This document shows, piece by piece, positions 1 through 15,605 of a DNA stretch of 64,000 nt. The notes below the pieces were generated by a model. That model was not told where the DNA came from and made no database searches. It saw nothing but the letters and a program-made list of their open reading frames with translations. The stretch's first letter is position 1. Each line of letters starts with the position of its first letter. Position numbers and translations under genes: made by a program. The DNA is from Eledone cirrhosa. Taxonomy: Eukaryota. The stretch is taken from positions 91,388,001-91,452,000 of the forward strand of contig OZ024745.1 in the NCBI GenBank assembly GCA_964016885.1. Reading direction: 5' to 3'.

Positions 1-600
1 TTACTGATTACATAAGACAGTGTAACGCAGTCTTCGTTCAATTTCTGTGGATAATGCCAATTACGATTTTATTTGATGTATCATATCTACATGTATATAT
101 ACTAGCGTATAATATCAATATGCACACTACACATGCTAGTATATATAAAACACATGACAATTGTTAGTTTTGACATGGAAGTTGTATCATGCACATGTGT
201 AATAGTATTAGATTGGACAGAAAGTTCTCACTATTTTTCAAATTTTTATTGACTTTGGCGTTTTTTAACATGAGAAAAATTTTACATGTCAAAACAATTA
301 CCATCATTTAGGATGACAAGAAGGCACATGATATTATCACTGTAGAATTCTTCTGGATTCAATGCAAAGAATGCCGTCAGCAACTGATTTAATTGGTCTT
401 CATTGGCAAAGGTTTTTTATTGCATCATTAAGAGAAAAAGATGATAGTCTGTGGGCATGAGGGGCAGAACTTCCCAACTTAGCTCCAGCAACTTCTCACA
501 GGCCATCCTTGATGTATGTGGCTGAGCGTTATCATGAAGGGGTCAAACAGAACCATGGCGTAGTATTAAGTTGAACAATGGTCTTAACTAGTAATTGCCC

Positions 601-1310
601 GCCCACCATTTCTATTCTCCTGGTCATTCTTCCCTACATGTTTCAGTCCTGATTCACCGCCTCGAGTCCTCTTCCTCTCTTGGACTCAACTCACCTCCCC
701 AATTTCTCTAATACACCGTCCATTATCACACCTAGATTCCTATCGCTTTCTCTTGATCATTAACATCTCTCTTACAACTAAGACAGGCCGACTATACATG
801 CTCACTCCACTTTTCCGTTCACTGCTCTGTATACACACCCTTATATTAACATACGTTTGCTCATAGCTTCGTACTTACATGCACACACTCTTTTACTCAC
901 ATATATACACACACATTTCTTCTTAGCTTCGTAGGACGTAAAATAACACACACACACATGCTTACACACAAGTATAGCTCTTTTTACAAAACATTTTTTT
1001 TTCCATTTCAGGTAGACGCGCTCCATCAGCCACTTTTCTAAAAAACTAAATCATACACAAAACGCCAGCACCAACAGTTTTGCAAGAGATGTCAACATGA
1101 ATGGACCTGTTATTTTTATCTAAAGACATTTTTTCCAATTCCAACCCGCCCACCCCCTCAATCTACCTTATTTCTCATTCTTTCTTCTGATGAAAGGCTA
1201 GCATCTGAAACGTTAAGACCCTCTTCCTACTATATCAAGCATTAACCTAATATATCCTTTCCATATACTATGCCGATTGTGTTGTTATTTCTGTTTACCT
1301 TTTACATTAT
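601..1310 (+). mobile_element. Old Penelope-like element 3' remnant inside the eRF1 intron
   Basis: 601-696 translates to AHHFYSPGHS...LGLNSP, resembling the PLE C-terminus at 20759-20978. It is followed by a C/A-rich UTR, an HHR motif at 1183 and (TA)n. Confidence 0.55.
1183..1218 (+). ncRNA. Minimal type I hammerhead ribozyme motif
   Basis: TCTT-CTGATGA-A-AGG ctagca TCT-GAAA-CG-TT-AAGA. Stem I is TCTT/AAGA, stem III is the palindrome ACGT, and the cleavage site is GUU. Confidence 0.65.
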
Positions 1311-1720
1311 ATATATATATATGAAAATGGGGTAGGAAGAGCATCCATTCACAAAAACTGTCAAACAAAGGGTTAGGAGGAATCTTCAGCTAAGTTAAAA
1401 ACATGGCATCCCCAGCTAGTGCTGGTGCCACGATAGAATGCAGTAGAGTGGTTGGGACATGTGTGTGATGCAGCCCCCTCTCTGATCATCTGAGTACTCA
1501 GAGTGCTGGAACACCTGTGAGGTGTTGGCCCTGGGTCTGTCTTAGTAGTCAGCTGTTCCACTTAAGTGATAACCCATCCAACCTCTGTTTGCAAGATCAG
1601 ATGTTAAATGATAATGTTCAATGCAAAATATCAACCTTTACAACCATTACTGCCGCTGGCATTGCCATTACTACTATACATCCTGCCATTTTTGACAGTC
1701 ACTATGATTGTGTGTGTATG

Positions 1721-1759
<39 letters not shown>

Positions 1760-2030
1760 CAAACACATACACAAGTTTTCACTGTTTATAACAACAAAAT
1801 CCACTTACAAGAAATTGGGATTACAGTAGAAGACACTTACTCAAGATGTCATAGTAAGATTGAACCCAAAACTACATAGTTGTGAACTTAACAATCATGC
1901 CTATACCTCTCTATAAACATTTACACTCTAAATTAGTGATGAGAGTGTCATTTATGATGCTTCTGTGTACATTTTTACAGCATTAGTGTTCACACACAAA
2001 GTAAAATAAATAGAAACCAAATTGCAGTTA

Positions 2031-2267
<237 letters not shown>

Positions 2268-3508
2268 CTAATTGTATATACATACCCAACAGTTACTATG
2301 TTAGCAGTGCGTGTATTAGAGAGAATCCCATGACCATTATCAAACAATCCCACCAACTGCAGACATGCATCACATCTCACTGACCAACAGCAGAAACTAT
2401 CTTTCTGACACAGAAATTCAGTGTTGCTTCTATTAATGTTGCCACAGTGAAAAAGGAAGAAATACTAGAGAGAAGGTGTGTAAATGTGAACTATGAGAGG
2501 GAAAGGATCTTCAGCCAAACAAGAAATACAAGTAATCAGAGTTGTTACAATATGAGACAGAATAATTAAGCATAGACATAGGTGACACAAAAGCAAGCGA
2601 TTTCGTTAATACTTCAGTCAAAACTGGCAGGTGACAAAAGAATCGTTTTTTTTTTTAAGTCCTACTTGCAGACTACCATAAAAAACAGTAACCTCATTAT
2701 AATGCTAGTGACTTTAATGGACAAGTTGGATAACAGCAAGATAGCTACTTTGATATACATGGAGGATATGGCATGCAAATGAAAATCCATTTGTAAAACA
2801 AACTAAAAAAAAATTAAATAATAAAAATCAACTAGCCACCTACCACCCAGATGAGTACATGAACTAGATAGAGTATACCCACACCAAGAAATGAATAGCA
2901 AGCTGAGAATGATCTAAAATAAATTTTATAAAAACATTCTAATATAGAGGAGAAAGAGAAGGGGAAAGTCAAGGGAAAAATGGAAGAGACAAAAGAAAAA
3001 GTATACCATGTGAATATATTAGATATCAGGTTTAACATTTTGTAATGATTTAGCAGAAAGGATCTAAAAACAGGTTCATTAATTATAGTGTTTATATCTT
3101 TACTAAGACAAATTGTTAAGAAAATTGGCAATAAAACTAAAGATGTTATTTTTAAATGTTACAATCTAAATGTTTTGTACTTTTCAAGAATGCCAAGCTA
3201 AAGCAGATTCATATGGTACAGGAATTTAAAAGTTAAGAGTTTTGAAGAGATAATCTAACATGATATCCATTGATGATTTGGTACCCTCAGATATGAGGAT
3301 ATTGAATTAAGCATTAAAAATTATACTTATGTTAATGGTTAACTCATTTACAACTGTAAAATTAAGTGCAATACCATATACCTGGTAAAAATATATATGT
3401 AAATAATGGTTTCTGATTTAGACAAGGCTTACAATTTTTAGAGGAGGGATAAGTCAATTAAATCAACCCCAATGCGTTGCTGTTACTTTATCTTATCGAC
3501 CCCCTTAA

Positions 3509-3672
3509 CCCTTTAACATTTACATTACTCTATATTTACTATTATATTTTCATGGTAAAGTCACATAATATTAAGAACAATAACTTAACATCAATATGAG
3601 TGGCCAGTTACAGCCGGTTTGAACAGAAAGTGAGAGAATTCTGACCGGATAGTCTGTTTAAATGCTAAAGGG
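3509..3672. mobile_element. piggyBac-like MITE inserted in a decayed SINE
   Basis: TIRs CCCTTTAACATTTA / TAAATGCTAAAGGG match at 13/14 and are flanked by TTAA on both sides. The element splits the SINE motif cgacccc...ggatgaaaggcaaa. Confidence 0.7.
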
Positions 3673-5904
3673 TTAAGGATGAAAGGCAAAACCAACATCT
3701 ATAGGAGTTGAATTCAGAATGTAACTATGCCGCAAAACACCGTGTCCGATGCTCTACCAATCCACTGCTCTTAACTATATATGTAAATAATAGTAAATTG
3801 CCTGATATCAGCTGCAATACAAGTTGCTTGTTAAAAATCTAATTTCTAGAATACAGTTAGAATATTTTCAGTTGGTTCATAAAATGTGTTTATGTCGAGG
3901 ATTTATTGTTACTGATGAACATTCAACAGTTGGCAGAGTGGCATTCAATTCTTTGATATGAAGTAAAAATTACCAAAAAGCAAGAGCAAATATCCACTAT
4001 TTTTTGAAGCAACATAAGTTTAATAAATTGGGATAGATTTTACAAAAAGCAAATAAAAATGAAGTTTTTAAAGTTTAAAAATTAGTAACCAGAGAAAGTG
4101 GGGAAGAAATATGAAAGAGAAATGGCATTGGAGCAAATGTCATGAATGTTGGGAGATATTTTAAAGCCTGCACTGAATTAAATGTAATCTAATAAGGCCA
4201 CTTTAAAGAAGACCATGAGGTAGAGTGGCTGATATAGTGGATATTGCTTGTTGTTTTATGTTCTTTCATCTTTATGTAAAATCCGTTTCAATAAATTTTC
4301 TCTGGTATATCATCAGGTCTACTTTCCCTTGATGACATGGGATGGATGGGCCAAGAGATTGCATCACATTTAGATACCACACGTGTGTGTGTGTGTGTGT
4401 GTGTGTACTATGAATATAAATTATAATTTAAAAAATGTTTATGAAAGCATTAGATTAAAAAAAATCAAAACATTTAAAAATATTAAAATTATTTTCAATT
4501 TTAGAAACATCTGAATATATATTCAGTTTCAATGAGTAAATGCCATTGAAGTTTGACTAAAACAGACAGACTTGTGTAGTGTCTTATCAAATGTGATGAT
4601 AGCCACAAGAAACAGAGTCACTCTATAGTCTAAGATATCAGTAGCTCATCTAATCTCCCTCCATTGCAGGGGAAATATAGCAAGTAGAATAGAGATGAAT
4701 GAAACATTTCTTCAAACTGACTATACACAATTTACAGAAAGATTCCAACCAACTTCATTTTTGTGCCTGAATTGACAAAATATTAAATAGCTACTGCAGT
4801 TAGTCAGTTGCTTTTGGATGAGAAGCTCAGCATAACTGGTGCACAACTCCCTTCAGATTAACTACACTGTATAACAAAAAGTCAACCAATACATTATTAA
4901 GGATTGATGCAAAACCCATTGATTTTTTTCAACTGTTCTCACTATATCTAATTGAGACAATTGTCCAACAGACTAATTTGTGTATGGAACAGAAAGGACT
5001 ACCAACTTTAATCCTACATTTGTTGAAATTCATGACTACTAAAGTATGTTGATTCTAATGAGAGTAATTCAGCCTCCAAATTACTGGAGCTACTAGAGTA
5101 AGATATCAAAGCAGAAGCAACAAGTAGCAGCTGAAATAATACCCCATGAATTGATATGAACAGTTTATACAATATTTCCACACAATCCACCATGAACCAG
5201 CCCTGATCACGATAAACTATATAAAGAGTACCCAATTTTAGTTAATACTAAAATATTAAATGTAGATAAGACTATAATAAAATATGAAGGTAAGTGTTTA
5301 TTTCTGCAGTACATTCCATTAAAGCCAACTAAACTGGGTATAAAAACATGATCCTTTCTGACTCCAACTCAATATCTACTTTAGAAAGGATGTTGGATCT
5401 GCTACAAACCTGCCCCTTGAAACCTTTATGGTGACAGATCTTGTAAACATTTTTTTACAAGATCACCAAATATATTTCAACATTTTTTTTTCACTTCTAA
5501 TTTGTTAGAAATTTTACTGTCTTACAAAACATGGATGTAGTACTGCCTGTCTGTCTGAATTAGTGACAACACATGGATGTGGTACTGTGTCTGAACGAGT
5601 GTGGTCACCTTATCAGCTTTAAAACATGTATTGGTAAAATGATAGAAATGCAAAAGGAGAAATTGAGAGCAATCACCTAATATAAAAAGAAAGATCAAAT
5701 GTACTTTTGACCAGCAAGTGGACTTGTAGCATTAATGTCATTAAGAAAGAGAGAAGTAGCATTAATGTCATTAAGAAAGAGAGAAGCAGCACCTCACCAT
5801 AAATACCTCACACCCATCGGTATCCAAGAATACACTGAAAACTATAATGGAGGAAATAAAAACAATCAACTTTGGTCCTATTATGTAATCATAAAGTGGT
5901 AGAA

Positions 5905-6071
5905 GGAAGACCATGAAAAACATGGGCGGAAGTGGTGAGAGCTGACCTCAGATTGCTGAAGCTCACAGAGGAGATGATGAAGGACCATGACGAATTGAGA
6001 TGCTGTGCTGAAGTGGACCCACCCCATCCTTGCAAGCAAGGAAAAGTGGATGTAAAATGATGATGATGATG
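5905..6071 (+). mobile_element. RTE LINE 3' end fragment
   Basis: Matches 28170-28340 and ends in ...cttgcaagcaaggaaaagtggatgtaaaa(tga)n. Confidence 0.75.
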
Positions 6072-7347
6072 TACATATTTTGTTGTTTTTCTCAAAGTGA
6101 CTCATCAATGTCTATATTTTGTACTGTGATGTCCCAGGATGACCATATCCAAAACATTTCTCATACCTGGAAGTAGCCGAAGAACCAATAAATGGTTACA
6201 ATCCCAGAAAAAGAAAAAAAAATGATGTGATCAAGAAGCAAGCCCTACATCAATTGACAAAAATACAGACCAATGGGCCTGATTGCACCTCAACTGGCAA
6301 CAAAATTAAAATCACTGGGAAATGCAACAACTGCTAAGTGTCATTGTGATGGGAAAAGGGTTGCTTTGCAAAACTTCACAATTTTAAATAGCAAACTTTA
6401 TATACAGATCTACCATTTTTATTTTTTGTTTTTTCTTCAACTTCTTGTCAGTAACATTATGTAATAATGTTCTGTTAAACTGCACACATGCAAAATATGA
6501 ACTGTGATGTTACTGAATTGACCATCAAATTGATTATGAATTTCTGAACTACATAAAATATTTTTTGTGTGAAAATGCTTCAAGTACCTTTGTCTCTTAC
6601 CAGCAAATTTCATTATAAACAAGCTTGAAAAAGGTAGCGGAAAATTTTTCTTATTGATATTTGTATGACTGACTGTTATTAATTGCATTTAATTAATTTA
6701 ACGACATCACTCTTTTCATCTTTTTGAGCACACCTATTTTTAAATCATTCTGTTATTAGCAATCATGCACACAATTTTTAGCACAAATCATCAAATCATA
6801 TTAAAAAGCTGTCTTTTCTACAATTCCAATAACCATCAGTACATACAGCATGGATTAGACGAGTTGTTCTGTTGAAGGCAATGTTAGGTCAGGTGACCAT
6901 GTCTTGCTCATACAGAACTGATTTTGGCTTGGTTATATATATTTATATATGAAATTTACAACTTGCAACTATGTAGGTTTAGCTGGCTTCCTACAAGGTC
7001 ACATCTCATAGCTATCTTAACGACAGGGGCCCCAGTCTTATGAGATCAATGTGAAATGAAGTGCCTTGTTCAAAAACATAACATGTCCCGTCCAGAAAAT
7101 GAACACAACACCACTAGACCAGGCTATATATATATATATATATATACACACTGTATCCCTCATGTAAGAAGCAGTTAGTGCCAGGAAGAGCATCGGACTA
7201 GAAAAGACTGCTTTAAATAGTCCTGTCCAACCCATGCCAGCATAGAAAAGTCAACATAATGATATATGGAATTGTAATTTATCTTCTCCCACTGGCAAAA
7301 AAATGCCTCACCATTGCTAACAAACAAAACAGGCATTAAAGAATGGT

Positions 7348-7683
7348 TATCATCATCATCATTTCATTTTACGTCCGCTTTTCCCTGCTTGCAGGGTGGG
7401 ATGGGAACCGATTCTGGCTTGATTTCTACAGCTGGATGCCCTTCCTAACACCAACCTCATTTACAGTGAGTGCTGGGTGCTTTTTTGCCGTGGCACCTAC
7501 ACGACGACTTTGCAGTGGAATGATAGGGACCCCAGTCCCTATCATCTCATTTCTACAGCTGAGTAAACTGGAGCAATGTGAAATAAAGTGTCTTGCTCAA
7601 GGAAACAACATCACCCGGTCTGAGAATTGAACTCACAACCTTTCGATTGCAAGGCCAATGCTCTAACCACTAGGCCATGTGCC
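7348..7683 (-). mobile_element. tRNA-derived CORE-type SINE with RTE-like tail
   Basis: Reverse complement of the SINE at 29303-29640, with A/B-box head, CORE-like segment and (GAT)n tail. Confidence 0.85.
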
Positions 7684-10600
7684 ATGATGATGATTACTAT
7701 ACTAAATAAATCTGGAGTGAAAAATTGTGATTTAATGACATTGAAGAAGAGTCAGAGGAACCAGTAACTTACATATATTAACTGACTAAAATATTTGAGA
7801 TAGCTTAATCTTTAAACGAAACAGGAACACTGAAGTAAGAGATTAATAAGACTACCACCAAACCAAGTCTACCCACTAAATTCACATGCCCTTGGGAAAG
7901 CATGAATGTCACAGCAACATTTTTAATCTAAATGTGAACAGGACTGGATTTGAGACATTATAGAAAGTGTGGATGGTTGTTAAATATGACAGTTCAATTA
8001 AAGTGCTATAGGCAGTAGAAAGAATTGGAAGGTCTAATTAAATATTTATTCAAAGACTTTCTAATTCACCCACTTAAATTTATAATGCTTTCATGTTTTG
8101 AGTTGTAAAAATACCTCACTGAAACAAAACAGCAGGTGAAAAGATTAAAATTGGGTGAAAAGATTAAAATTGGGAAAAAAAAAAAATGTTCCCCCTAAAA
8201 CTTCAGATTGAAAATATACATACTGGCAGTGCCCCAGCATGGCCTCAGATGTCGGCTGGAACACGAAATAGGGTAATACTCAAACCAAAATACCTCAAAC
8301 TAATAATCTAAACTGTCTATAACTTTCACATAGATGGGTTCACGTTTTTAAAATATGCTGAAATATTCAATAACCACTATTTCAATATTTATTACTGCAC
8401 CATAAAACATCATATTTTACATTTCCAATTCCATGATTTGAATTTCACTATTTTACCTTCCTATCCCACAACCAACATAAATATGTAAGGATGTGGTGAA
8501 ATAAACATAAAAGTTGAACTATCTATAATTCTCCAACAGCCCATCTTGTTATTAAAGCCGGAAAAGATTATACACTGTAAAGTGGTTGTGTAGGTGACAC
8601 GACAAAAAGCACCCAGTTCCCACTGTAAAGTGGTCGTGTAGGAGACATGGTAAAATGGCTCCCAGTCCACATTGTAAATGTGGTTGGTGTTAGGAAGGGC
8701 ATCCAGCCATAGAAAACCTGCCAGAAACAGTTCTGTATGAGTTAGACAGTCTCCCGACTAATCTTGCCTCAAGTGGGACAAATCCGTCCAACCTATGCTA
8801 GCGTGGTTGGTGTTAAGGACAGCATCCAGCTGTAGAAATCAAACCAAAGATAGAGTGTACTAGCAGAACCTAGTCACCTAACCAGTCTGGCACCAACATG
8901 CGACAGCCATTTAACCTATTCAAGCACAGAAAATAGATGTTAAATGGTGATGATGATGAGGACTAACTAGTTGAAAGAAAGGATGTCGAAGTTTAAGATT
9001 ACCTAAATCAATTCTTAAACTTAGATGAAGGCTTAGTTGTGTGGTTAAGGAGTTAGCTTTGCATCCACATAGTTGCCCTGCATGGCACCTTGCGCAAGTG
9101 TCTTCTATAACCTCAGGTTGACTTATCCCTTGTTATTGAAATTTAGCAGGCGGAAACCCATCATATATGTGTGTGTGTTCGTGTCCATGTCATTCTCCAG
9201 AGACAGCAACCTTTCATAATGGCATTTCCAGGCCTCTTTCTTTTGAACATCACTGGTGTTATTTAAAACACGTATTTCCTCAGAAACATGCTTCCATGTC
9301 GCAGACCCACATGTTGCAAGACATTGACAAACCTGTTCTCAGACTCTTTGCGTGTTATGTATAACCATCATCTAATTACTCTTAACTAATTGATATTGAT
9401 TTTTGCCACCCCCATTTTTCCAGTCTTTGCACACCTGCTTTTTGGTTTTAACTGCAATTCAATGTTGTTCCACCACCAGTTCACCATCCATCTGGTTAAT
9501 GCCTTGCTCCAGACACAGATCTCATCAGTAATCTGCAGTTGTAAAAGATGACCAAATGAGCTGACAACAGAAAAAGGACCAAGCTGTAAAACATAGCCTC
9601 GAAAAGAGCCCATATGAATTATAAATATAAAGCCTGCCATAAAGTCTGCAAAGGAAAATGTCCTTGTGCGCATGCGGTGACATTTGTTTTTGCTTCATGC
9701 CTCAACAATTTGACAGGCAAAGATCGGTACCTTATTTTATAAAAATGGAAGGGCATCTACCCATAGAATACTTCAAAAAGTCCTGTCCAACCAAAACCAA
9801 CATGACTCCTAAAAGTACAAATTTCTATACAAAAACTAATCAACTTTAGTATTTTACAGATGCTTAAAATATTGATCTTTCACTATACAGGGATCAGTTG
9901 ATGCCAATAGATTTGAGAATTATTTGTATCATATACTGTTCAGACTAACCTAAATATTTTTTTATATTTTACAAAATAAAAAATAATCTAGTGAATTAGT
10001 AGTTTGTATAGCCTTTTACATAGAATTATTACACCATAGGAGTGCTTATTTGATTTAAACCCAATAATGAATGAAGTTAAGTGTGACTTGAGCAACAGGT
10101 AGCCAAGCCCAACCAATCCAGTTTCAAGAAACAAAATCTGATAAAATTAATGAAGAGAGAATCATTTTATTTTCTGAAATGTATAATAAAGTGGAAAAAA
10201 TATATATATACATATTCACAAATTACTATCACTTCTCATTTGCAATCTCTTTATATTCCAATAAACAAATGTTATTAGAGATGTGACTGCCATGATAAAA
10301 TACACCCAGTACACATCATTAAGTGATAGGCATTTAAGAAGGGCACCTAGCCATAAAACTATGCCAGAATGAGTGAGATGTAGTCATCTGACCTGCCTAA
10401 CTCATGTGAGCAGGGAAAATAAATAGATGTAAAAGGGTGTTGATAATGTTTACGACAGCTCAATATTAGTAACAATACTAAATTATTGGATCATTACATT
10501 TGCACTAAGGTAAAAAAAAACTACAATTTCTAAATTTAGCTAAAAATAATACTGATTGGCCTAATAAATAACTTCCTTTCTAAGTTTTCTCTATCATATT

Positions 10601-13600
10601 CATAGTGAATTCCTTCTGCTACAAAAGCTCCATGTGTATAGACTGCATGAATGGCTGACACAATTGAAAGTGTTTAATGGCACAAACCAAAGTTTTGGAC
10701 TAAAATAAACTTTCTAGAAAATAACAAGCTATTATCTGCAATCATTACAGCAAATGACAGTCTATAAAAGATTACATTTCAACTTAACAACTAACACCAG
10801 CAGCACACATTCACACTATTCATTTACAGTGAATCTTGGTTGTTTAAACATATTCCCAGAACAAACGAAAAAGAAAAATAAGGACCTTTCACTCCCAAAC
10901 TGACTTGAAACAAGTCTTTCTTTGTCAAATTGATTGGGCTAACTTAGTTCTAATCAATTCATATTACACACAAAATGTTACAAATAAATACATGTCTTAC
11001 TTCAGCAAGCCTATTCACTTCATTCCTTTTTGTTACTATACAAAATGTCACTTCTATCTCAATGTAATAAAAGCACTAATAAATTGATTAACAGTGAATA
11101 TTGTCACTGGACATACAAGATATTTACACTTAAGCAGTGTGTGATACTGTATATAAACATACTTTGCACATGATATACAAAATACTTTAATCAACTGGAA
11201 AAAAGAGTCATGCATCCTAAAAAATGTTTATGTATGAAAGGTTGGTACCTCAATCCCATTACTCTAAACCGTAAACATATCTGTACTATAGGTCAACTTC
11301 AGATTTATGAAGTCTTTAAAACAGGAGACAAGCACTAATTATTTGGCAGTTTATCTGGTGCCAACTAGATAAATACCATATGATCACGAGCCAATGACTC
11401 AAACTGCACTCCATATTTGCTATCAAGGTTGATAATGATTTTTAACATAAAGCAGATCTCCGTAAAAGGAAATAATTATCTTTAATATAATTAAGAGGAA
11501 TAATATATATGAAAAATAAAAATTACTGTGCATTAAAGTTTTCCATTTCAAGTTTAAAAACATCTTGAAAGATTTTTACAAATTTCTTTTGTACAATCTG
11601 GTGATTACAGAAAGAAAAAGGATTTTTTTTAAATATTCAATTGTTTGTGTTAAGAAGGATCAAAACAACATCTCTATGAGAACAAAAGTTGGTTTTGTCC
11701 CAATATAAACTAGAATAAATAGTTGGTATGCATGTTGTTCTTTTATAGTGAAACACGGGAGGATTAGTTTGCAAATACAATTTAAACTATTTGATCAACA
11801 TTTTTAGACTGTTTTTCCATACAGGCATTAAACGACATGGAAAGATAGGTTACTACTGAATTAGTTTCAAGTTAGTGAGCAAAATACATCGGGCAGTAAA
11901 ACCTTATTAGACGTACAGGCTCCATTCAACTTTTCAGATACAAAACTAAATCTATCAATCATAACTAGACAACACTATCAAATATTGCCCATCATAGTTA
12001 TTGGTCTTAAAATCCTATTTAATAATGTCATCTATACTTCAAAATATCGTGAAAAATACTGAAAATGGTAACTTTTTACTATCCAAAATTGGAAATATTA
12101 AATGAACATTGAATATCGTACGTTTCATTTCCATGCTAACATGGTCTTTTGAATATGATTTGCAATTTCTAAAACCATCAAAAACTGTAAGGGATTTAGT
12201 ACAATAACTTATTCGAGTTTGCAACACAGCTTAACAAAGGTTCTAACAAAATTATTATGGAAGGTTTGGTGGTATCAAAAGGAATATAAACACGCTGGAT
12301 TAACCTAGTTAATGTTTAAATTATTTTTCTGATAACAAAAAAATTTATTGCAATGATTATCGCAGCTAAAATAGCTTGTATTTCCAGTACCAATCCTCTC
12401 TTTAGTGTTTACGAGTTGCGGCTAGCGTTATTGTCAAAATTATATTAAATGCTTCAGTATGTTATAAATTACACAAAACGTGTTTAAAATCATTTCAAAT
12501 AGCAATTAACGTATCACCCACCAATGTTATTATTTCACATTTTAATATAAGGTCAAAGGTGAAAATATTACCAGATCATTACAGGCTCAACTTTTATTGT
12601 AATTATGACTATTATAATATTTAAGACGATGAAGAGTAATTAGACACTTGTTAGTTACGTACGTTTCAAATATAATAAACAGGTAGATTTTAAGCAAAAA
12701 CTGATCAATATTCCACACAGTACCATCCTTAAACGTTTACTTCAAACTATAAATTCCCCAAGACAAAAAATGAGGGCAGTACAAGTGTTTCGTTAGTAGA
12801 GTTGCAGTAAATAAATACATAATCCTTATTTTACAACCAGCAGTGATACAAGACAACAAAAGTATGAAATATCACCCGAACTAAAGGGGACATAACTCCC
12901 TACATTTAACCACATAAATACATCTAGAATACTCGTACATTTGGTAAGAGAGAATGGAAAAATAATTCGCTTGGAATATTTCAGATTGAATTAGAGAATA
13001 AGACTAAAATTCAATAAATTTCATCAAATTTCTTGCTGTAAAATTCTAAGCAATTCCTCTTTAGGCACTGAAGAATCAGATTTTTACCCCCCCCCCCCTC
13101 CAAAAAAAAATTTTTTCAAAGTTAAATTAGTGTTAATAAGGTTTAATAATTACAATTTCTTGTCAAGTCATGAATATTCTAAATATTAGGCAGTAAATAA
13201 GAAAATATTCGCCTCTTCTCCCCAAGCAAATGAAGAATTGAAACCGGGTCGAGAACTAGTAGCAATCCGTAATAGAGCACTCGTGATAACAGTAATAAAT
13301 TGAATTAGCATTACAGCAAGAAGAAAAAAACCATGTCAAGATAAACAGCTGGTGAACAGTGGGCTACAGGACACAAATATCACGTTTTCAAATTTACTAT
13401 AACATGCATGGCTCGTTAGAAATCATAGCCAACTACATGTTTTCAACATATGCATACATCCAGCATTAAATACGTTGTTTTTTGTATCAATAGAAACATA
13501 AGTGTGTGGCATCATCATCATCGTTGAACGTCCATCTTCCACGCTAGCATGGATAGGATGGGCTGTCCCTTCGTGAGCGATCAGGTCGGGGGACCGTGAT

Positions 13601-14022
13601 TCACTCACACAGAACAAAATCACGGCCCCGGCCGTATATATATGTGTGTGTGTGTGTATAGAATATGGACATACGTAAATATAATATATGCATGGTATGT
13701 TTACCATGCGAGCATGGGAAATAGATGTAAAACAACGATATATATATATATATAAATATATATATAAACCAAAAGCAGTGAAGGCGAACACGGGACAAAG
13801 ATAACGGAAAAACGGACAGTCCCTTCTCAGTCAACCTCTGGAAATCAAGATAGTTTCAGTTCATCAAGGTTGATACCATTATTCTAGTGCACACATTAGG
13901 ACAACAAAACAGCTGGACACAGGTCAAGTTGTGCCTTTCGGCAAATTACATAAAGATGAAACCAAATAAAGTGCATCAATTTATATATATATATATATAT
14001 ACACTTTATTATGCCTAAGTGA

Positions 14023-14066
14023 TGAGTCTTCTTACTCTGGAGCTTCGACTGTGTAACAACTCATCA
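14023..14066 (-). ncRNA. Degenerate hammerhead motif, same family as 15547-15605
   Basis: Minus strand reads gTGATGA-GTTG ttaca CAGTC-GAAg-CTCCAGAG-TA-AGAAGACTC. Core positions are mutated. Confidence 0.45.
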
Positions 14067-14905
14067 CTTTGTCATAATATATTATTTAACTCTACTTCGG
14101 TATTAAGTATTCATTCTCGTGTTCATCAACATCACACGGGTAGAGATATATGTATATATAGAGATATATGTCCACATAGACACAGAGAGAGAGATTGTGA
14201 AATCGAATCTAAAACTTTAGTCAAACACGTTCTGCGAGGACGGAGGGGGTGGAATATGATGCATTGAAGTGGATTCTACGCAACTAGATTTTATATATTT
14301 TACCATCTTTGCTTTTCAACACATTGTAATTATAACGATGAAGTGATTAAGCCAACGGTGTTGCCTCCATATTGAGACAGGATTAAAATGATGGGTGGTC
14401 ATGACCAGAAGGGCTTTGATTCATAAATCTGCTTGATTAGGGGTTGACGGGTCTAATCAAAAACAGTGGTGTGAAATAAAGTGTTAGTAGACCGTTTCTA
14501 TCAAATTCTACGAACTGTATTTTCAAATTGAACATTTAGACAAATTAAACATCCTGTAATAGTTCGACAGAAAATAAATGTTTATAGTATATTTACTGGT
14601 CGATAGATTATGAACATTTTCAGAATTACAGTAAAGATTTTTTTTTAAATGTGATGATAGTGTTTTGTCATTTTTAAGAACGTCTAGCTGATGTGATTTC
14701 ATGTGGTACAGGACATTGATTATGCAACACATCATGCTTTCCTTTAGTAAACATGTATATACATATATACTACGTATGTGTTATATACAAGGTAATTATT
14801 ACTAATACACAGCATATTATATATATATAGCAAAGGAAAAACTAAATATACAAGACTCAAAGGGAAGTATTTTCGAATAATTGGATGTAAACTCTTGAAA
14901 CAAGC

Positions 14906-14959
<54 letters not shown>

Positions 14960-15546
14960 TGTGTGAGCATATAAGCTAGTGGACTAGTGACAGCAACACT
15001 TAGATCTCACAGCCAGGTGACAGACAGACAGACAGGTGATAGATAGAAGCATGGTTTACGTATATGTAAATGGAATAATAGAAGCAAGTGCCTTGGCACA
15101 CACCATGTCACAAAACTACAGAAGCCTAATGAATACAGTAATTAAAAGGAAACGAACGTCTCACGAATAGTAATACTTTTAACAACAATAATAATTATTA
15201 TTATAATTTTGAAACGGATAAAAATAAATCATAAGCTAGATTCGACATTAAAGAGATATGTTAAATAAATGGCTAAGCTTGAGAAAGACTTCCACGATGT
15301 CCAGTGGTGTACAAGAATAAGCAATTATTAATTCATAAATATGCGGCATATATTCACTCCAAGAGAATTTTTATTTCTGTAATAGAACAGATTATATAAT
15401 AAGTAAAAAATATATATATATATAATGCTTTTAAGCAGCTTCTTGTCTGGATAGTTGTAGAGAAAGACTGAAAATCCGGTGTATAGTAGCAGACCATAAC
15501 ATGTGTATAATATATTATATATATTCATTTTATTAAGGCTAAATAG

Positions 15547-15605
15547 TGAGTCTTGTTACTCTGGAGTTTCGCCTGTTTATCACAGGGTCATCAGACAAGA
15601 ACTCA
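15547..15605 (-). ncRNA. Type I hammerhead ribozyme, sense to the eRF1 pre-mRNA
   Basis: TGAGTtCTTGT-CTGATGA-C-CCTGT gataa ACAGG-C-GAAA-CTC ca GAG-TA-ACAAGACTCA. All three stems pair and the site is GUA; there is a C.C opposition at the base of stem II. Confidence 0.8.

Noticed and set aside
3912-3940. Isolated CTGATGA (and CTGAAGA at ~13068 and ~60884)
   Set aside because: No stem II, GAAA or NUH context follows, so these are expected chance matches.
5726-5789. 30-bp tandem duplication (and a 47-bp one at ~35652-35745)
   Set aside because: These are ordinary local slippage duplications with no further structure.
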